Assembly (NCBI GenBank): GCA_013265495.1
Contig: MU058781.1
Coordinates: 4,093,050 to 4,157,049, forward strand
Direction: 5' to 3'
Length of the DNA: 64,000 nt
Source of the DNA: Vicugna vicugna
Lineage: Eukaryota
Shown here: piece after piece, positions 24,574 through 36,123 of the stretch
Layout: every line of letters begins with the position of its first letter
Position numbering within the stretch: the first letter of the stretch is position 1
Notes under the pieces: generated by a model
What the model was told of the DNA's origin: nothing
Databases searched by the model: none
Seen by the model: only the letters and a program-made list of their open reading frames with translations
Program-made: the position numbers and the translations under genes

Positions 24574-25311
24574 CTTCTAGCATCTAAGGCGTTATTGTAA
24601 TTAACAAGCAATAGATAAAATATTAGTTACTCCTCACCCTATATTTCATTTATTCTTTTATGTCACGTTCCTTCTTTCACTCCTGATTCACAGCTTCACC
24701 TTTGGAAGAGTTGGGACAGAAATACTAAGTCAGCAGCCTCTGTCAGAAGATTTAGAAATAACAAAAGACCTGTCAATTAGTTGTATTATTTATAAAATAT
24801 TTCTTTTACCTTTTATGCTCACGCTGAATAGATGCAGAAGTAACCTATTAACATACACAAGTAACTATATCCCTTACTCTTAAGTTTCTTCAAAATTTTA
24901 AAAAGCCCACATCCCTCCCATCTCTCCACCTGTCATGCTAAACAGTTTTGATTTCAAACATCAACCTTGAGACACAAAAGACCCCCAATTATGAGTAACA
25001 GGAATTTCTGTAATTGATTTCTTCTCTCAGGTTATTCAGTGCACACACTGGAAATAAGATTAATTAGACTTCCATGCATAATGACACACTCATTTGAAAA
25101 AACCTAATACTGTGTGAAGCTGCTTGGACCCTGGGTTCAGTTTTGCAAAGAAGTTATCACCACTCAGCATAGCGCATTTCCCACAGTAGGAGCTGAAAAT
25201 GGATTTACTGACTAATTGTTGGGCCACTGTTTATGTGCAGGTGAGAGAGATTTCAGCCAGTCCGTCAGCAAGCTGGCTGTCACCTATGATGTAAGGATCG
25301 CGGCTCCAGGC

Positions 25312-25696
25312 TGTCTTAGGCAGTTCAGGTTGCTGTAATAAATTACTGTAGACTCAGTGGCTTAAACAACAAACATTTATCTCTCAGTTCTGGGGGCTGG
25401 GAAATCTAAGGTCGGAGTGCCAGCTGATTTGGTTCTTGGTGAGAACCTTCTTCCTGGTGATTACCTCACGTGGCCTTTCCTTGGTGAGTGCAGTTAGAGA
25501 GAGGGAGAGGGCTCCTGTCTTGTCTGCTTTGTATAAAGGCACTAATCCCCATTATGGGGGACCCACCCTCGTGACCTCATCTAACATCTAACCCTAATTA
25601 CCTCCCAAAGACCTCACCTCCAAACACTGTCACCCTGGGGCTTAGGGGCTCAACATAGGAATTTTGCAGGGATGCAAATATCCAGTGCAGAAGACA
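25312..25696 (-). mobile_element. MaLR LTR (MLT1A-like)
   Basis: GTGGCTTAAACAACAAACATTTATCTCTCAGTTCTGGGGGCTGGGAAATCTAAG...CCTAATTACCTCCCAAAGACCTCACCTCCAAACACT. Confidence 0.9.
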
Positions 25697-27039
25697 GCCC
25701 GTGGGGAAGCAAAAATAAATGAGGCCGTGAGACCCTCTGGGACTCACAGTTCAGAGAGAGAGAGACATGCAAGCAAATATAGCGTTTAGAAAACAGAAAG
25801 AACTAAAAGCAAAGTGCCCTGAAGAATTGGGGAGGAAATGACAGCTCGTTATGAGCAAAGGAGCTGGAGGGACATGTCACGTTCAGGGAGTGGTGCCAGC
25901 TGATGATAGCAGTGGTGGCCACTGCTCCCATTTGTGCTGTCACCCATGGCCTCTTGGGACCTGGTTCTGCCCAGTGAATTCAGCCTCTGCAAGCTACACT
26001 TCTCCTGCTGCCTTCTTTGAGAAGCCAAAACGAGTTCCCCAGAAACAAGAAAGGGGGGTACACTGAGGTTCCTGATCCAGCATGGCAGCCAAGCTGGTTC
26101 TTCCTGGCGGTATTCCAGCTGTGGTCTATGGTGTGTGCTCGCTCTGGCCACCTGCAGGATGCTGGGCAGTCCTGTGAGTGCAGCTGGTGGAGATACGTTG
26201 GGGTAAAGGGGGAGCCAGCAGGGAATGGCGGGGTCTGGGGTAGGCATGGTACCTCCACCTCTGCTGGGCAGAAGCCAGAGCTCAGCACAGACCAGCCCTA
26301 GGGATTCTGGCCCTGCTCCAGTCCAAGTCATAGGCACGCATCAGGGGCCAATCTAAAGAGACCAAGGAGTGCGTGAATGGACTTGGGAGCGTGGGGGAGC
26401 TGAATGCTCCGCGTCAAATCATCAAGTGAGAGTGGTGCCTTTATGTGCGGTGTGAGAAATGAACAGCACAAACACCCCTCTGAAAATCTATCTTGCTGAA
26501 AACTACGCTAACGGGATAAGGCAAAGGTGATTACCCATGTCTGTCTCTCCTTTTTGTATCTGGCAACGCCAGGGCCTAACTCTGCATCCATTTTCCCCCA
26601 TTTCCTCAGAAAGCCTTGCAATTGTTCATCAAACAGGACGCTTTGTGGCACTTTCAGGCGTCCCAGCATTCCCTGGGGCTCACATGCAAATTAGGTCCTC
26701 AAGGTCATCTCCTTTTTGCTGTGAGACCATCTTGTTTCTGCTGAGTTTGGGGGTCACACGAAACCCTCAGCACAAAGGACCCTCACCATCCTAATCGACC
26801 TGATGAATGTCAATGCTCCCAGAAGTTTCCTGCCACCGGTGACTACCGGGCCTTTGAGCAAATCACTGAATCCCAGTTTCAGCATCCATCGCAAAGCGGG
26901 TAGAATTAGGTAATTTCTAAGATTCCTACTAAGTAAAGAGAGGAATGCTAGCATGGACCCAGACTCCTCCTACACACATTGGATTCCGTGGAAAGTAAAC
27001 TGAAAGGAAGTGGGGAGGAGACAGCATGTATTGGATTTC

Positions 27040-27430
27040 TCATTAGCCCCGCTGCCTGGTTCTCATTAGCGAGCCTTCTGGGTTATGGGCACAAGGGCTA
27101 GGACTTATTTTCATGGCTGAATAGCACATGTGAAATGTCGGCTATTTCTAATCCATATTATATGAGCTCCACACTTTGCTATCTTATTAAGTAATGGACG
27201 GCGTTCAAGGAAAACCCCACCAGGAGGACGGGCTAATCCTTGAGGGGGAAAATATTGCTGTTCTGCATAAGCTCTTGCTCTCTGCTTAATTAATCCCTAA
27301 AACTTTCAGGCCTTAATGAGAATAATTAGACTTGACAGTACTGAGCCTAATGCACAACTACAGACAACAAAAAGCGTGTTCAGGGTCTAAGCTTCCCGGA
27401 GCTCGCTGAAAGACAGGCTAATGTTATTTA
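27040..27430. promoter_or_regulatory. Candidate homeodomain-bound enhancer (K50 TAATCC cluster)
   Basis: Repeat-free block with TAATCC at 27149, 27234 and 27291, a TAAGCT at ~27388, and many other TAAT/ATTA cores. Confidence 0.45.
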
Positions 27431-28476
27431 CAGCAGCCACTGTGGGGGGCCGGACGGGGGTTCGGACTTGAAATGTGGCTCCATCTCCCAGAGGACAGTT
27501 TCTCTGAGGAGCAGGGAACTGTAGCCCCCGCTTCCCCCTTTGTGGTTTTCACTCCCTAACAAACCGAGGTCTAGACAGGACCTGGCTAGAAAGTCCCTTA
27601 TTACCACCCCGGCCAGACCACATTTATCATCACCTTGAGCGTAATGCTAGCACAAACCTCCAGGCCTCTCCCATTCAAATAATGGATTGAGGGAGCCAGA
27701 GTTGTGCGCTCCAGTCCGTGTCTGCCAGCTTCTGGAAATACCTCATTTTCCAGAGAAGTATTCATTTGTCAACAGAGGGATGGTGTTAAAACCTTAAAGA
27801 CAAATCAGACAGAAGGCGAGGGTGGGCGAAGTGGGCAGGGTATGGCTGGGGAGAGATGGCTGCTTCGGTCCAGGACAGTTTCTTTGATGAGTAGCCTCGT
27901 GCCAGCCTGTCTTCTCCAAGAAAAGGTTTAAGTCGTCTTTGAAACAGTGTGGGTTCACCCTTCCCAGATGGAGTGTCTAGAAGCATTCCTCTGGCACTGC
28001 AGGGATGGCCGAGTTTGTGTGTCTGGGTCCGTGGGGGACTTCGCAGAGAGGGCTGGAACGACCGGGCAGGTTCTTGGGTTTTTTGGTGGTGAAGCTGTCG
28101 GGGCTGGGCACACAGACTTGGAGAAGGGATGGCGGGCGCTTCCACCCGGTGGAGTGACATCTGGGTCCTCTGGAGTGGGGGCTGATTTCTGCACATTCAG
28201 TTGGTGGTAATTACTGCAGGAGGCAGGAATTTGGTGACTGAAGCTTCCTAAACCATTCTCCAGGTTTCTACCAAGACTTACAATGTCTATTTGGCTAGAG
28301 ATCCTTCTCCGAATTGAAAAACAACAGTTAAGCATAATGACTGCCCGGTGCTTCTCAGTTTTAAAATAATATAAAACTTCAAGGTTCTTGTAGATCTAAA
28401 GAGATTAAGGCAAAGGGATGCAATGTGTTATTAGAAAGCCAACATGTGACCCTTTTAAAAACAGAAATTAACGCAG

Positions 28477-28477
<1 letters not shown>

Positions 28478-28508
<31 letters not shown>
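28478..28508. repeat. (TC)n(CA)n microsatellite
   Basis: Direct observation. Confidence 0.9.
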
Positions 28509-29514
28509 TCCAATGTGAGGACAGGAACTCTGACCCTGTAAGTGGCACTGGGCTAGTCACTTTGTTTTTAATTTTCAATCAAGGATCTAAAACAGACTTC
28601 AAAGGGCATTTAAGCTGACAGTTTTATTTTCTCCTTGAGGAAGAGGAAAGATGAATAAGCGTAAAGCCAGATCATTCTCAAAATAATTGCAGCCCTGACA
28701 TATCTAAATGAGTTTGTAAAAGAAAATACAGTGGCAATTGATCTTATTAATTAGAGATGTACCAGGATTGTAATACCCACTTATCCACAGACTGCCTGCA
28801 GCTACAAAAATAAAATAAAATAAAATAAAATTAACCACTTTCTCCTGGGGAACACAATTTCTTTCCCTCCCTGCCACAGAAAGCCAGTTGGAGGAAAAAA
28901 AACCCTTGTTACTGCTTCTTTCTCTCTGCAGTGGGTCACAGCCTGTAGAAAACTGTTCGGATTGGTTTCCTTTCTGCCCGTAGAGCCCAGGGTTTACACC
29001 GGATTATGCGACGCCTCGGACAGTGCATTGGCTTCTCACCATTGATTGAATGTGTAATCTGACAAACAAACAAAATGTGCTATGGGAAAATGGGAGAGCT
29101 GTGGGTTTTTTACGGCTGTGCATGTCATTTACCTGTGAAAGGTGGCAGCGGGAGCCGAGGGCAGGCGGGCCCGCCTCCATCAAGGGTTCATTCTGTCTCT
29201 GCATCCCTGTGGGCCTGTTCCTACTAACAGTCATCTAGCGTGTGGAATAGACTCAACGGAACAGCCCAGTGATGAAGTGCTGAGGGCCAGCTCCCTCTGA
29301 GTGTGGCCCAGCCCTGAATTATTGGAGGAGCCTCTTCAGGCTGACTGCATGCAAAGCTTATATACACTTTCACTCTATTGCTGCAGAGAGAGGATGGGAG
29401 AGAGAGGGGATGGGGAAGAGTAGAGAAAGGAGAAGAGAAGAGGAAGGGAGGAGGGGCAAGAATAATGAACTGTTTAGTACTGGAAGGAACATCTGGTGCC
29501 GCCTTTGTGATTTC

Positions 29515-29549
29515 TGTGTGTGTGTGTGTGTGTCTGTGTGTGTGTGTGT
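29515..29549. repeat. (TG)n microsatellite
   Basis: Direct observation. Confidence 0.9.
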
Positions 29550-31689
29550 CTGGGGCAGGTGTGGGCAGGGCACTGAAACCAGGAGGGCAGGCACACTGTG
29601 CCTACAGTTGTAAGGTGCGTGGGAGCTAAAACCTAGCGTGTTCGTGGCTCACCAAGATGAGAACCTGGGAGGGACTTGAACCTGCCCTTTCAGGGGAGCC
29701 TCTCTAGTTTGCGCTAAGGTGCAGTGAGGGCCGGAGGTGGCCCCACAGGCACAAGTGTGGTGTCATTTGAAAACAAAGCCAGGGGAGAGTTTCTGATACT
29801 GAAAGCGACCCACGTCACCCTTTATCTTCCCACTCGTCTACAATAGAAAAAAAATGCACGCCCAGCGGACTCTGTGCCCGTATCAGCAGCCCCCGTGCAA
29901 AGCTAAAGAAATGAAGACAAAAGTCTTTCAAAAGCAGAATGCACTCTAATATCATAAAGGCTGTGATTTGACTTTATTGGAGTAACAAGGGTAAATTGAT
30001 TACGGGATTCTGAATAATTTAAAGGAAGGCCTGGCAGCTGCCACTGGGTCAGGGGATGCCAAGCCTATCTTGCCTTTGTCTGATGTCCTGGCAGCGGGGT
30101 CCTTCCAGAGGAGTGAAGAGCAGAGGTGGCCCCACGTCCCCTGCTGTGGGGACTCACCGGCTCTGACCTCCACGTTAACCAAGGGGAATGCAGATGCCGG
30201 AGATGCTGTTTAGATGCCAGGGGAGGCCAGGGGAAAATACAGGCCCTGAGAGCAAGTCTCCAGCTCTGCCTGGAGTAGCCTACCGGCCCCAGGCAGGGAC
30301 AGAAGAATGCTCCCAACAGATCAAAGCCCTCAGTCTCTTAAAATGGAAATGAACATTTTAAAAAGGCCTTTCTCAAGGGAGAAATATGCAGTAAATCAGA
30401 GCTTTTGAAAGACAACTGGGGCCTGTGCTGGTTTTTGAATAACTTGCCATTTAATAAATGTTCTATTTTTGACCCTTTAGGGAAATATACAACCCCATCT
30501 GAAACTTATGGGCCAAAATAATTTAAGTTTTTCTTTTTAAATCCTCATTTTTATAAGTTTTGTGATGGAGACAAATGATCTGAAAGCTTTCTTTTTACGG
30601 GTCCAGGATGAGGCGAGGTCATTTAACAAGAGGGAAATGCTTTTCTCAGCACATCAAGTCAGACTTGGTGAGTTTTTGGCAAGTTAAGTCCAGTGCCTGG
30701 GTCTCAGGTTCCATCCATGAAGAGAAACCAGTGCATAGAGCACTGAGGATCTATTCTTGGCTTTCCTTTGTGAGACCCTGATGATGATAACGTAAAGTGT
30801 CAATATACTCATTATATATATTGTCTCTTCAAAGAGACAGTGTGTGTCTCTGTATGTGCGTGTGCGTGTGCGTGTGTGTGTACGTGCATAGAAACCTTGA
30901 GGTCCCAGACTGTGTTTCAGTGAAGGAAGGAAGTTCTCAATACATGTTTGAATTCAGGTGTTGGGTGTTTTTCTCATCTTTCCTAATCCCTACATTCCTG
31001 GGTACACTTTGGTCCACAGTATATTCTACTGTCTCGTAAAATCTTCCCTGTCCTTGACCGTCTTTGGGTTGGGTCATTGAGTTCCTGGGAAAGTAGCATC
31101 CTACTAAACCAGAGTCTTAAACTGTTAAAAAATCACACAAGTTCATTTCATCTTTGTTCCAGAGATAGAGCCTCATTTTCATGAGTGGATGCAGCAAGTG
31201 AACGTGCTTATTCACATTACTCCATCACCATCCCTTTCTGCCGACTCTGGAGAGCAACTGTGCGCAAAGCATCCAGCTGGGATTCCCACTAACCAACTCC
31301 GATTCCAGGGCTGAGAGAGTTCAGGATCTGAGGAATGACTCAAAGACCACATGGAGTTGGGCTGTGCATGTTTTCTTTGAGTGCGGGCCAGTAGAGACCG
31401 TGGCCTCACATAATTTTTCTGCCGGGTGTGGAAGTGTGCCACAGAAATATGATTCATGAGAAGAAATTGTCGACTTTCTGCCTGGAACAGAGTGGAAAAA
31501 ACTTGGTTGAAAAAATCCCAGACATGCACACAAAAGACACATGGAACTAAATTTATATCTTTAGCTTTGGGAATCTACATTCATCATTTCTCTCACTTGA
31601 CGTGAAAAAGGGTAAAAATGGGGCCACAAAGCTCTTGTTGTGTTATAAATAAGATTTTTGATTATACATTAGAGTCTGGGCCACAATAG

Positions 31690-31890
31690 TAGCTAATGTT
31701 TGCTTTGTGTTCCTCAATTCACAAAGTGTTTTCCTTTATATTTAACCTTCATATTAGCTCTGATGTAGATATGATCCTTTAACCATCACCTGATGAGAAA
31801 ATTGAGTCTTCGTGAGAAGCCACGTGGAGAGTAAGAGTACGAGCAGTTAAACCCAAGCCCTCTGCATCCTGGGACCTTTGTTTCAGCCAC
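31690..31890 (-). mobile_element. MIR SINE
   Basis: TTCACAAAGTGTTTTCC...TGATGAGAAAATTGAGTCTT...AAACCCAAGCCCTCTG. Confidence 0.5.
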
Positions 31891-31900
31891 AGGCTGACAT

Positions 31901-32710
31901 TGTAATCCAACGCCAATTCTCCGACACCAACCTGGTGTCCACGATTCAATTCAATTCTGACGTTAACTAACCAGAGTTTGCATCAGATCCTACAAGTGGA
32001 AGGGCAAGGTCTCTAACAAGGCTGCCCCTCCTTCAGGCACCAGCCACAAGTGGGGTCCGAAGGCTGCCAACACTTCTGCCATCTTGGCTATAAATTCCGT
32101 GGCTTCCTTGATTCTTTCTGATTCAAGCATTCACTAGAATGACTCACCAAACTCATGAAAGTGCTATATTCACAATTAGCATTTTATTATAAAGCATACA
32201 ACGAACATTCGGATGAAGACACGCACAGGGCAGGATCTTGGGAAGGGGGCGGATGTAATGATGGAGCTTCCATGCCTTCTCGTGGAACCCGTGTGTGCTG
32301 CTCTCTCAGCACAGCAGTGCGTCCACCAACCAGGAAGCTCTCTTAGCCGCCTTGCTTTTTGTTTTTTGTTTTTTTAATCAAGGTCTCATGAGTAGGTGTG
32401 GTTGATTAAATCACTGACCAGTGACCAAACTCAACCTCCAGTCCCTCTCCCATTCCCAGGGCTCAGAGGGTGGGGCTGAAATTCCAACCCTCTGATCACC
32501 TGCTTGGTTTCTCTGGCACCAGTCTGCATCCTGAAGTGATCTCAGCCCTGAAAAGAGCCACCTCATTAGCATAAACTCAGGTAGGGCAGAAAGGGGCTCG
32601 TTATGAATAAGAAAAGACACTCCTAACACTCAGGATATTCCGAGGGTTTCTGGAGCCCTGTGCTGAGGACAAAGACCACTGCGTTCTTTATTTTATCACC
32701 GTGGTCTACA
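31901..32710 (-). mobile_element. MER21-like ERV LTR, near full length
   Basis: Minus strand reads GGAGTGTCTTTTCTTATTCATAACGAGCCCCTTT...CCTGAGTTTATGCTAATGAGGTG...GAGGGTTGGAATTTCAGCCCCACC...GAATTGAATTGAATCGTGGACACCAGGTTGGTGTCGGAGAATTGG. Confidence 0.85.
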
Positions 32711-32920
32711 GCAGGAGGCTTCCAGCTAGGGCACCAACAATACCCCTTAATCGCCCACCCGCAGGTGCGAGTGGCCCCCAACCTTAGAGGTGGGTCAGTT
32801 TCCCCTCCCTTGAACGTGGGCCGACCGTGTGACTGGCTTTGACTAGCGGAATGCAAAGAAAGTGACATTCCTGAACTTCTGAGCCCAGGTGTTAAAAGAG
32901 CTGGTGGCGTCTACTTTTTC
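32417..32920 (+). repeat. Left arm of perfect 504-bp inverted repeat
   Basis: Exact reverse complement of 34190-34693, checked line by line. Paired coordinates sum to 67110. The ORF track shows identical mirror ORFs. Confidence 0.97.
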
Positions 32921-33139
32921 CCTCTCAACCTTCTGTTCCCTTTGGAAGTCAGCTGTCATGCTTTTACATTGGTGGCCAAGCTAATTATTACAATCATACT
33001 GCTGCTGTTCACTTCTTTTTTTGAAATGCCATTTTTTTCTGAGATTGTCTTCAAAGACTGCAAGATATCTGTGGTACATATTTCTAATTATTTAACCAAA
33101 ACCCATTCCTTCTTCCCCATGAGAAATGTAGAATCTGAG

Positions 33140-33510
33140 TATGTGGCTGCCGTAGTGATAAGATGGCCCCTGGGCACATGGCTACGCAGCAGGTGACTGA
33201 CTACCAGATGTGGCCACGTGACATAGGTTGCAGTGGGGGATGGAAGTGCTTGTGGGTCATTTCCAGACTTTGGTTTAAAATATTGTGTACGAGTTCCTCC
33301 AAGACTTTAACCATCCTCCAGGAACCACGGGAATCCAGCCCTGGGAGGTGGCAGAGCAGCATGATGGAAGGAACCTGGGTCCCTGCATGACCACATGGTG
33401 TAGATCTGCCCTGCCAGCCATGTTCTCTCCTCTTGAGCTTGTTAAGAAAAATATAAATTTCTTCTTTTTTCTTAAAATACCAACAGTTGGGGCTTTGGTT
33501 ATAGGTTCTA
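33140..33510 (+). mobile_element. Old LTR fragment (LTR16/LTR33/MLT1J-like) within the IR spacer
   Basis: TGGCCACGTGACATAGGTT...GGTGGCAGAGCAGCATGATGGAAGGAACCTGGGTCCCTG. Confidence 0.6.
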
Positions 33511-33911
33511 CAAAATTAAGCAATGAAAATGGTAACTATAATGAGTAGCAAAAGCCTACTTGGCTAAGCAAGTCTTTGCATAGCTGCTTAGGAAGAAGTT
33601 TCATGAGTTTTTAGTTAGTCCTTATATTAGGGTCACCAAGTGAGTAAACCAGGATACAGAAAAGTGCAGAGAACTGATGACAGGAAGACAGAGAAAAGAA
33701 ACACTGGAGAGAGCACGATCAGAATTAACCAGGCTCAAAATTGTAACCTTTCAATATAAGACATGGTCCTCAAAATTTTTCCTACGTGGAGCCTCACTTT
33801 AACACTCTTCTCTGTGTAACAGAATTCTGCACAACTGAGATGCTTCTGGGAAGGACATTTTATGAGGTTCTGTTGCTAAGATTCTAAACTATCAGATTAT
33901 CAACAGGCCCA

Positions 33912-34399
33912 TGTTTCAATTATCTGCTGCTCTGTAACAAACTGCCCTGAATTTATTGGCTTAAAACTACAGAAGTGTGTGATTTGTCCCCATGCTCCAA
34001 GTTGGCTTGGATCAGCTGGGAGGTTCTTCTGCTCCACGTGGTATAGTTGAAGTCATGACGTGGCTGCATTCAGCAGGTGGCTCATCCTCCAGGGTCTCTT
34101 TCAGTGTGTTCTCTGGTCATCCAAACATCTAACCTGAGATTCTGAAAGCATGGCAGCTGACTTCCAAAGGGAATGTTCGTTCCCCAAGAGAAAAAGTAGA
34201 CGCCACCAGCTCTTTTAACACCTGGGCTCAGAAGTTCAGGAATGTCACTTTCTTTGCATTCCGCTAGTCAAAGCCAGTCACACGGTCGGCCCACGTTCAA
34301 GGGAGGGGAAACTGACCCACCTCTAAGGTTGGGGGCCACTCGCACCTGCGGGTGGGCGATTAAGGGGTATTGTTGGTGCCCTAGCTGGAAGCCTCCTGC
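33912..34399 (-). mobile_element. MaLR LTR (MLT1H-like), near complete; its right part lies in the IR arm
   Basis: TATCTGCTGCTCTGTAACAAACTGCCCTGAATTTATTGGCTTAAAAC...CAGCTGGGAGGTTCTTCTGCTCCACGTGG...AGTCAAAGCCAGTCACACGGTCGGCCCACGTTCAAGGGAGGGGAA. Confidence 0.8.
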
Positions 34400-34693
34400 T
34401 GTAGACCACGGTGATAAAATAAAGAACGCAGTGGTCTTTGTCCTCAGCACAGGGCTCCAGAAACCCTCGGAATATCCTGAGTGTTAGGAGTGTCTTTTCT
34501 TATTCATAACGAGCCCCTTTCTGCCCTACCTGAGTTTATGCTAATGAGGTGGCTCTTTTCAGGGCTGAGATCACTTCAGGATGCAGACTGGTGCCAGAGA
34601 AACCAAGCAGGTGATCAGAGGGTTGGAATTTCAGCCCCACCCTCTGAGCCCTGGGAATGGGAGAGGGACTGGAGGTTGAGTTTGGTCACTGGT
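34190..34693 (-). repeat. Right arm of perfect 504-bp inverted repeat (MLT1 part plus 5' ~290 bp of MER21)
   Basis: Exact reverse complement of 32417-32920. The MER21 copy is cut abruptly at 34693. Confidence 0.97.
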
Positions 34694-36068
34694 AAATACT
34701 TCAAAGGGAATAATCTTTTTTTTTTTTTTTTGGTATGTACAGTCTGAACTATTTTGTTTTAAAAGCCCATTAAATTATTTTGAGTCCTACCTTATAGTCT
34801 CCCCTTTTCAGGACCTCCCTCTTCTCCTGAGAGCCAAACCGAGCGCGGCAACAACTCAGCAGCAGCAGGTCCCAAGGAGATGCGGAGTAACTGGCACAGG
34901 GCGCCCCGCATCCTGCCTGCGGGTTACTTTGAAATGACTCCTCCAGTGAGTATGCAGAGCCATTTCCTCATTCTCTTGACTTCCAACAGCCCTTTCCCAC
35001 CCTTGTCTTTTCACTAGTGTTCACTTGTGAGGGAAAGCTCGCACCTCATCTTCTTATTTTGTGTTACTTACGAATTGCCACATATCAAATGGACATATTT
35101 GATTCTGCGGCATACATTTGAATGTTTAAAATATGCGGAGTGTTCAAGGAATGCCATTTCACTTAGCAGTCAGTGCTAACATCATTTTTTGAAATGCTCC
35201 CCGTTTCCTTGATGTAGCCAAAGCTTTATTTATCATCAGATTTGCATTTTGTGATGTATTCTTGAGCCAGCCAAACTCATCTAAAAGCGGGCTCATTTAA
35301 TGCAAAGTAGATTTAAATGTGGCTGCTTTAAAATGGACCACCCTGTTTAAATGATCCTCCGGATGTAATTAGAAGAAACTTGAGTTCCATAGACAGGGAA
35401 AAAAAAAAAGGCAAGCTAAATGATCTCCTTCTCCCTGGGTAATTTTTGACCACGCACCAATAAAACTGCTTATAAAGAAATGATTTATTTTGAATGGAAC
35501 TTTCCCACAAACAGTTTAACAGGAGGTAGTTTAGGAATGACACACTACATCCTAAATGAACAGACATCCAAAATGAACAAATCATGATATTTCCAGCTTT
35601 CAGTGTTCCTCGTCTCTTCAGACGAGAGAGAAAAGAGAAAGAAGGAAAGAAGAAGGGAAAGAGAGAAAGAATAAACAAAAAGAGAAAGCAGGAGAAGAGA
35701 AAAACAGGGTTGTGAGACCATCTAAACTCCAACTGTGACATATTTAGAAGCATCTTATTATCTCATGAGCGAACTAAGATTCTGTCACCTAACTCTACTT
35801 GCATCTCAGCCGCCATGACTGATGGTAATGTTATTTGCAAGCTAGTCGCATAAAACATCACCATCCAGATAGGATCTGGTGGTATGAGCATGCTTGTCAA
35901 ATCTCCCATCCGCTGCACAATGAAGCTCAGAACAGAGCTGCTGCTTCCTGAGTCCTGGCAGATCCAAGCTTGGTGCCAGCCATTAAAAATAAAAGCCCGT
36001 TAAAGTTTCAGGACATACTTGCACATTTTTGGGAGCCGCCAAATTTTCAAGAGTTGAGCCAGTTCAGC

Positions 36069-36123
36069 GGTGATATCACCAGACCAGCGTCGCCTAGGCA
36101 ATGAAAGTAGTTGCCATGGAAAC
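36069..36123. promoter_or_regulatory. Paired RFX X-box motifs plus a 12-bp palindrome
   Basis: GGTGATATCACC (36069-36080), GTCGCCTAGGCAAT (36089-36102), GTTGCCATGGAAAC (36110-36123). Confidence 0.55.

Noticed and set aside
24264..24611. Phe/Leu/Ser-rich and Lys/Glu/Arg-rich ORFs
   Set aside because: Translations of the (GAAA)n tract.
32411..34747. Duplicated identical ORFs on opposite strands, as a gene pair
   Set aside because: They arise only from the inverted repeat of LTR sequence; there is no protein-like signal.
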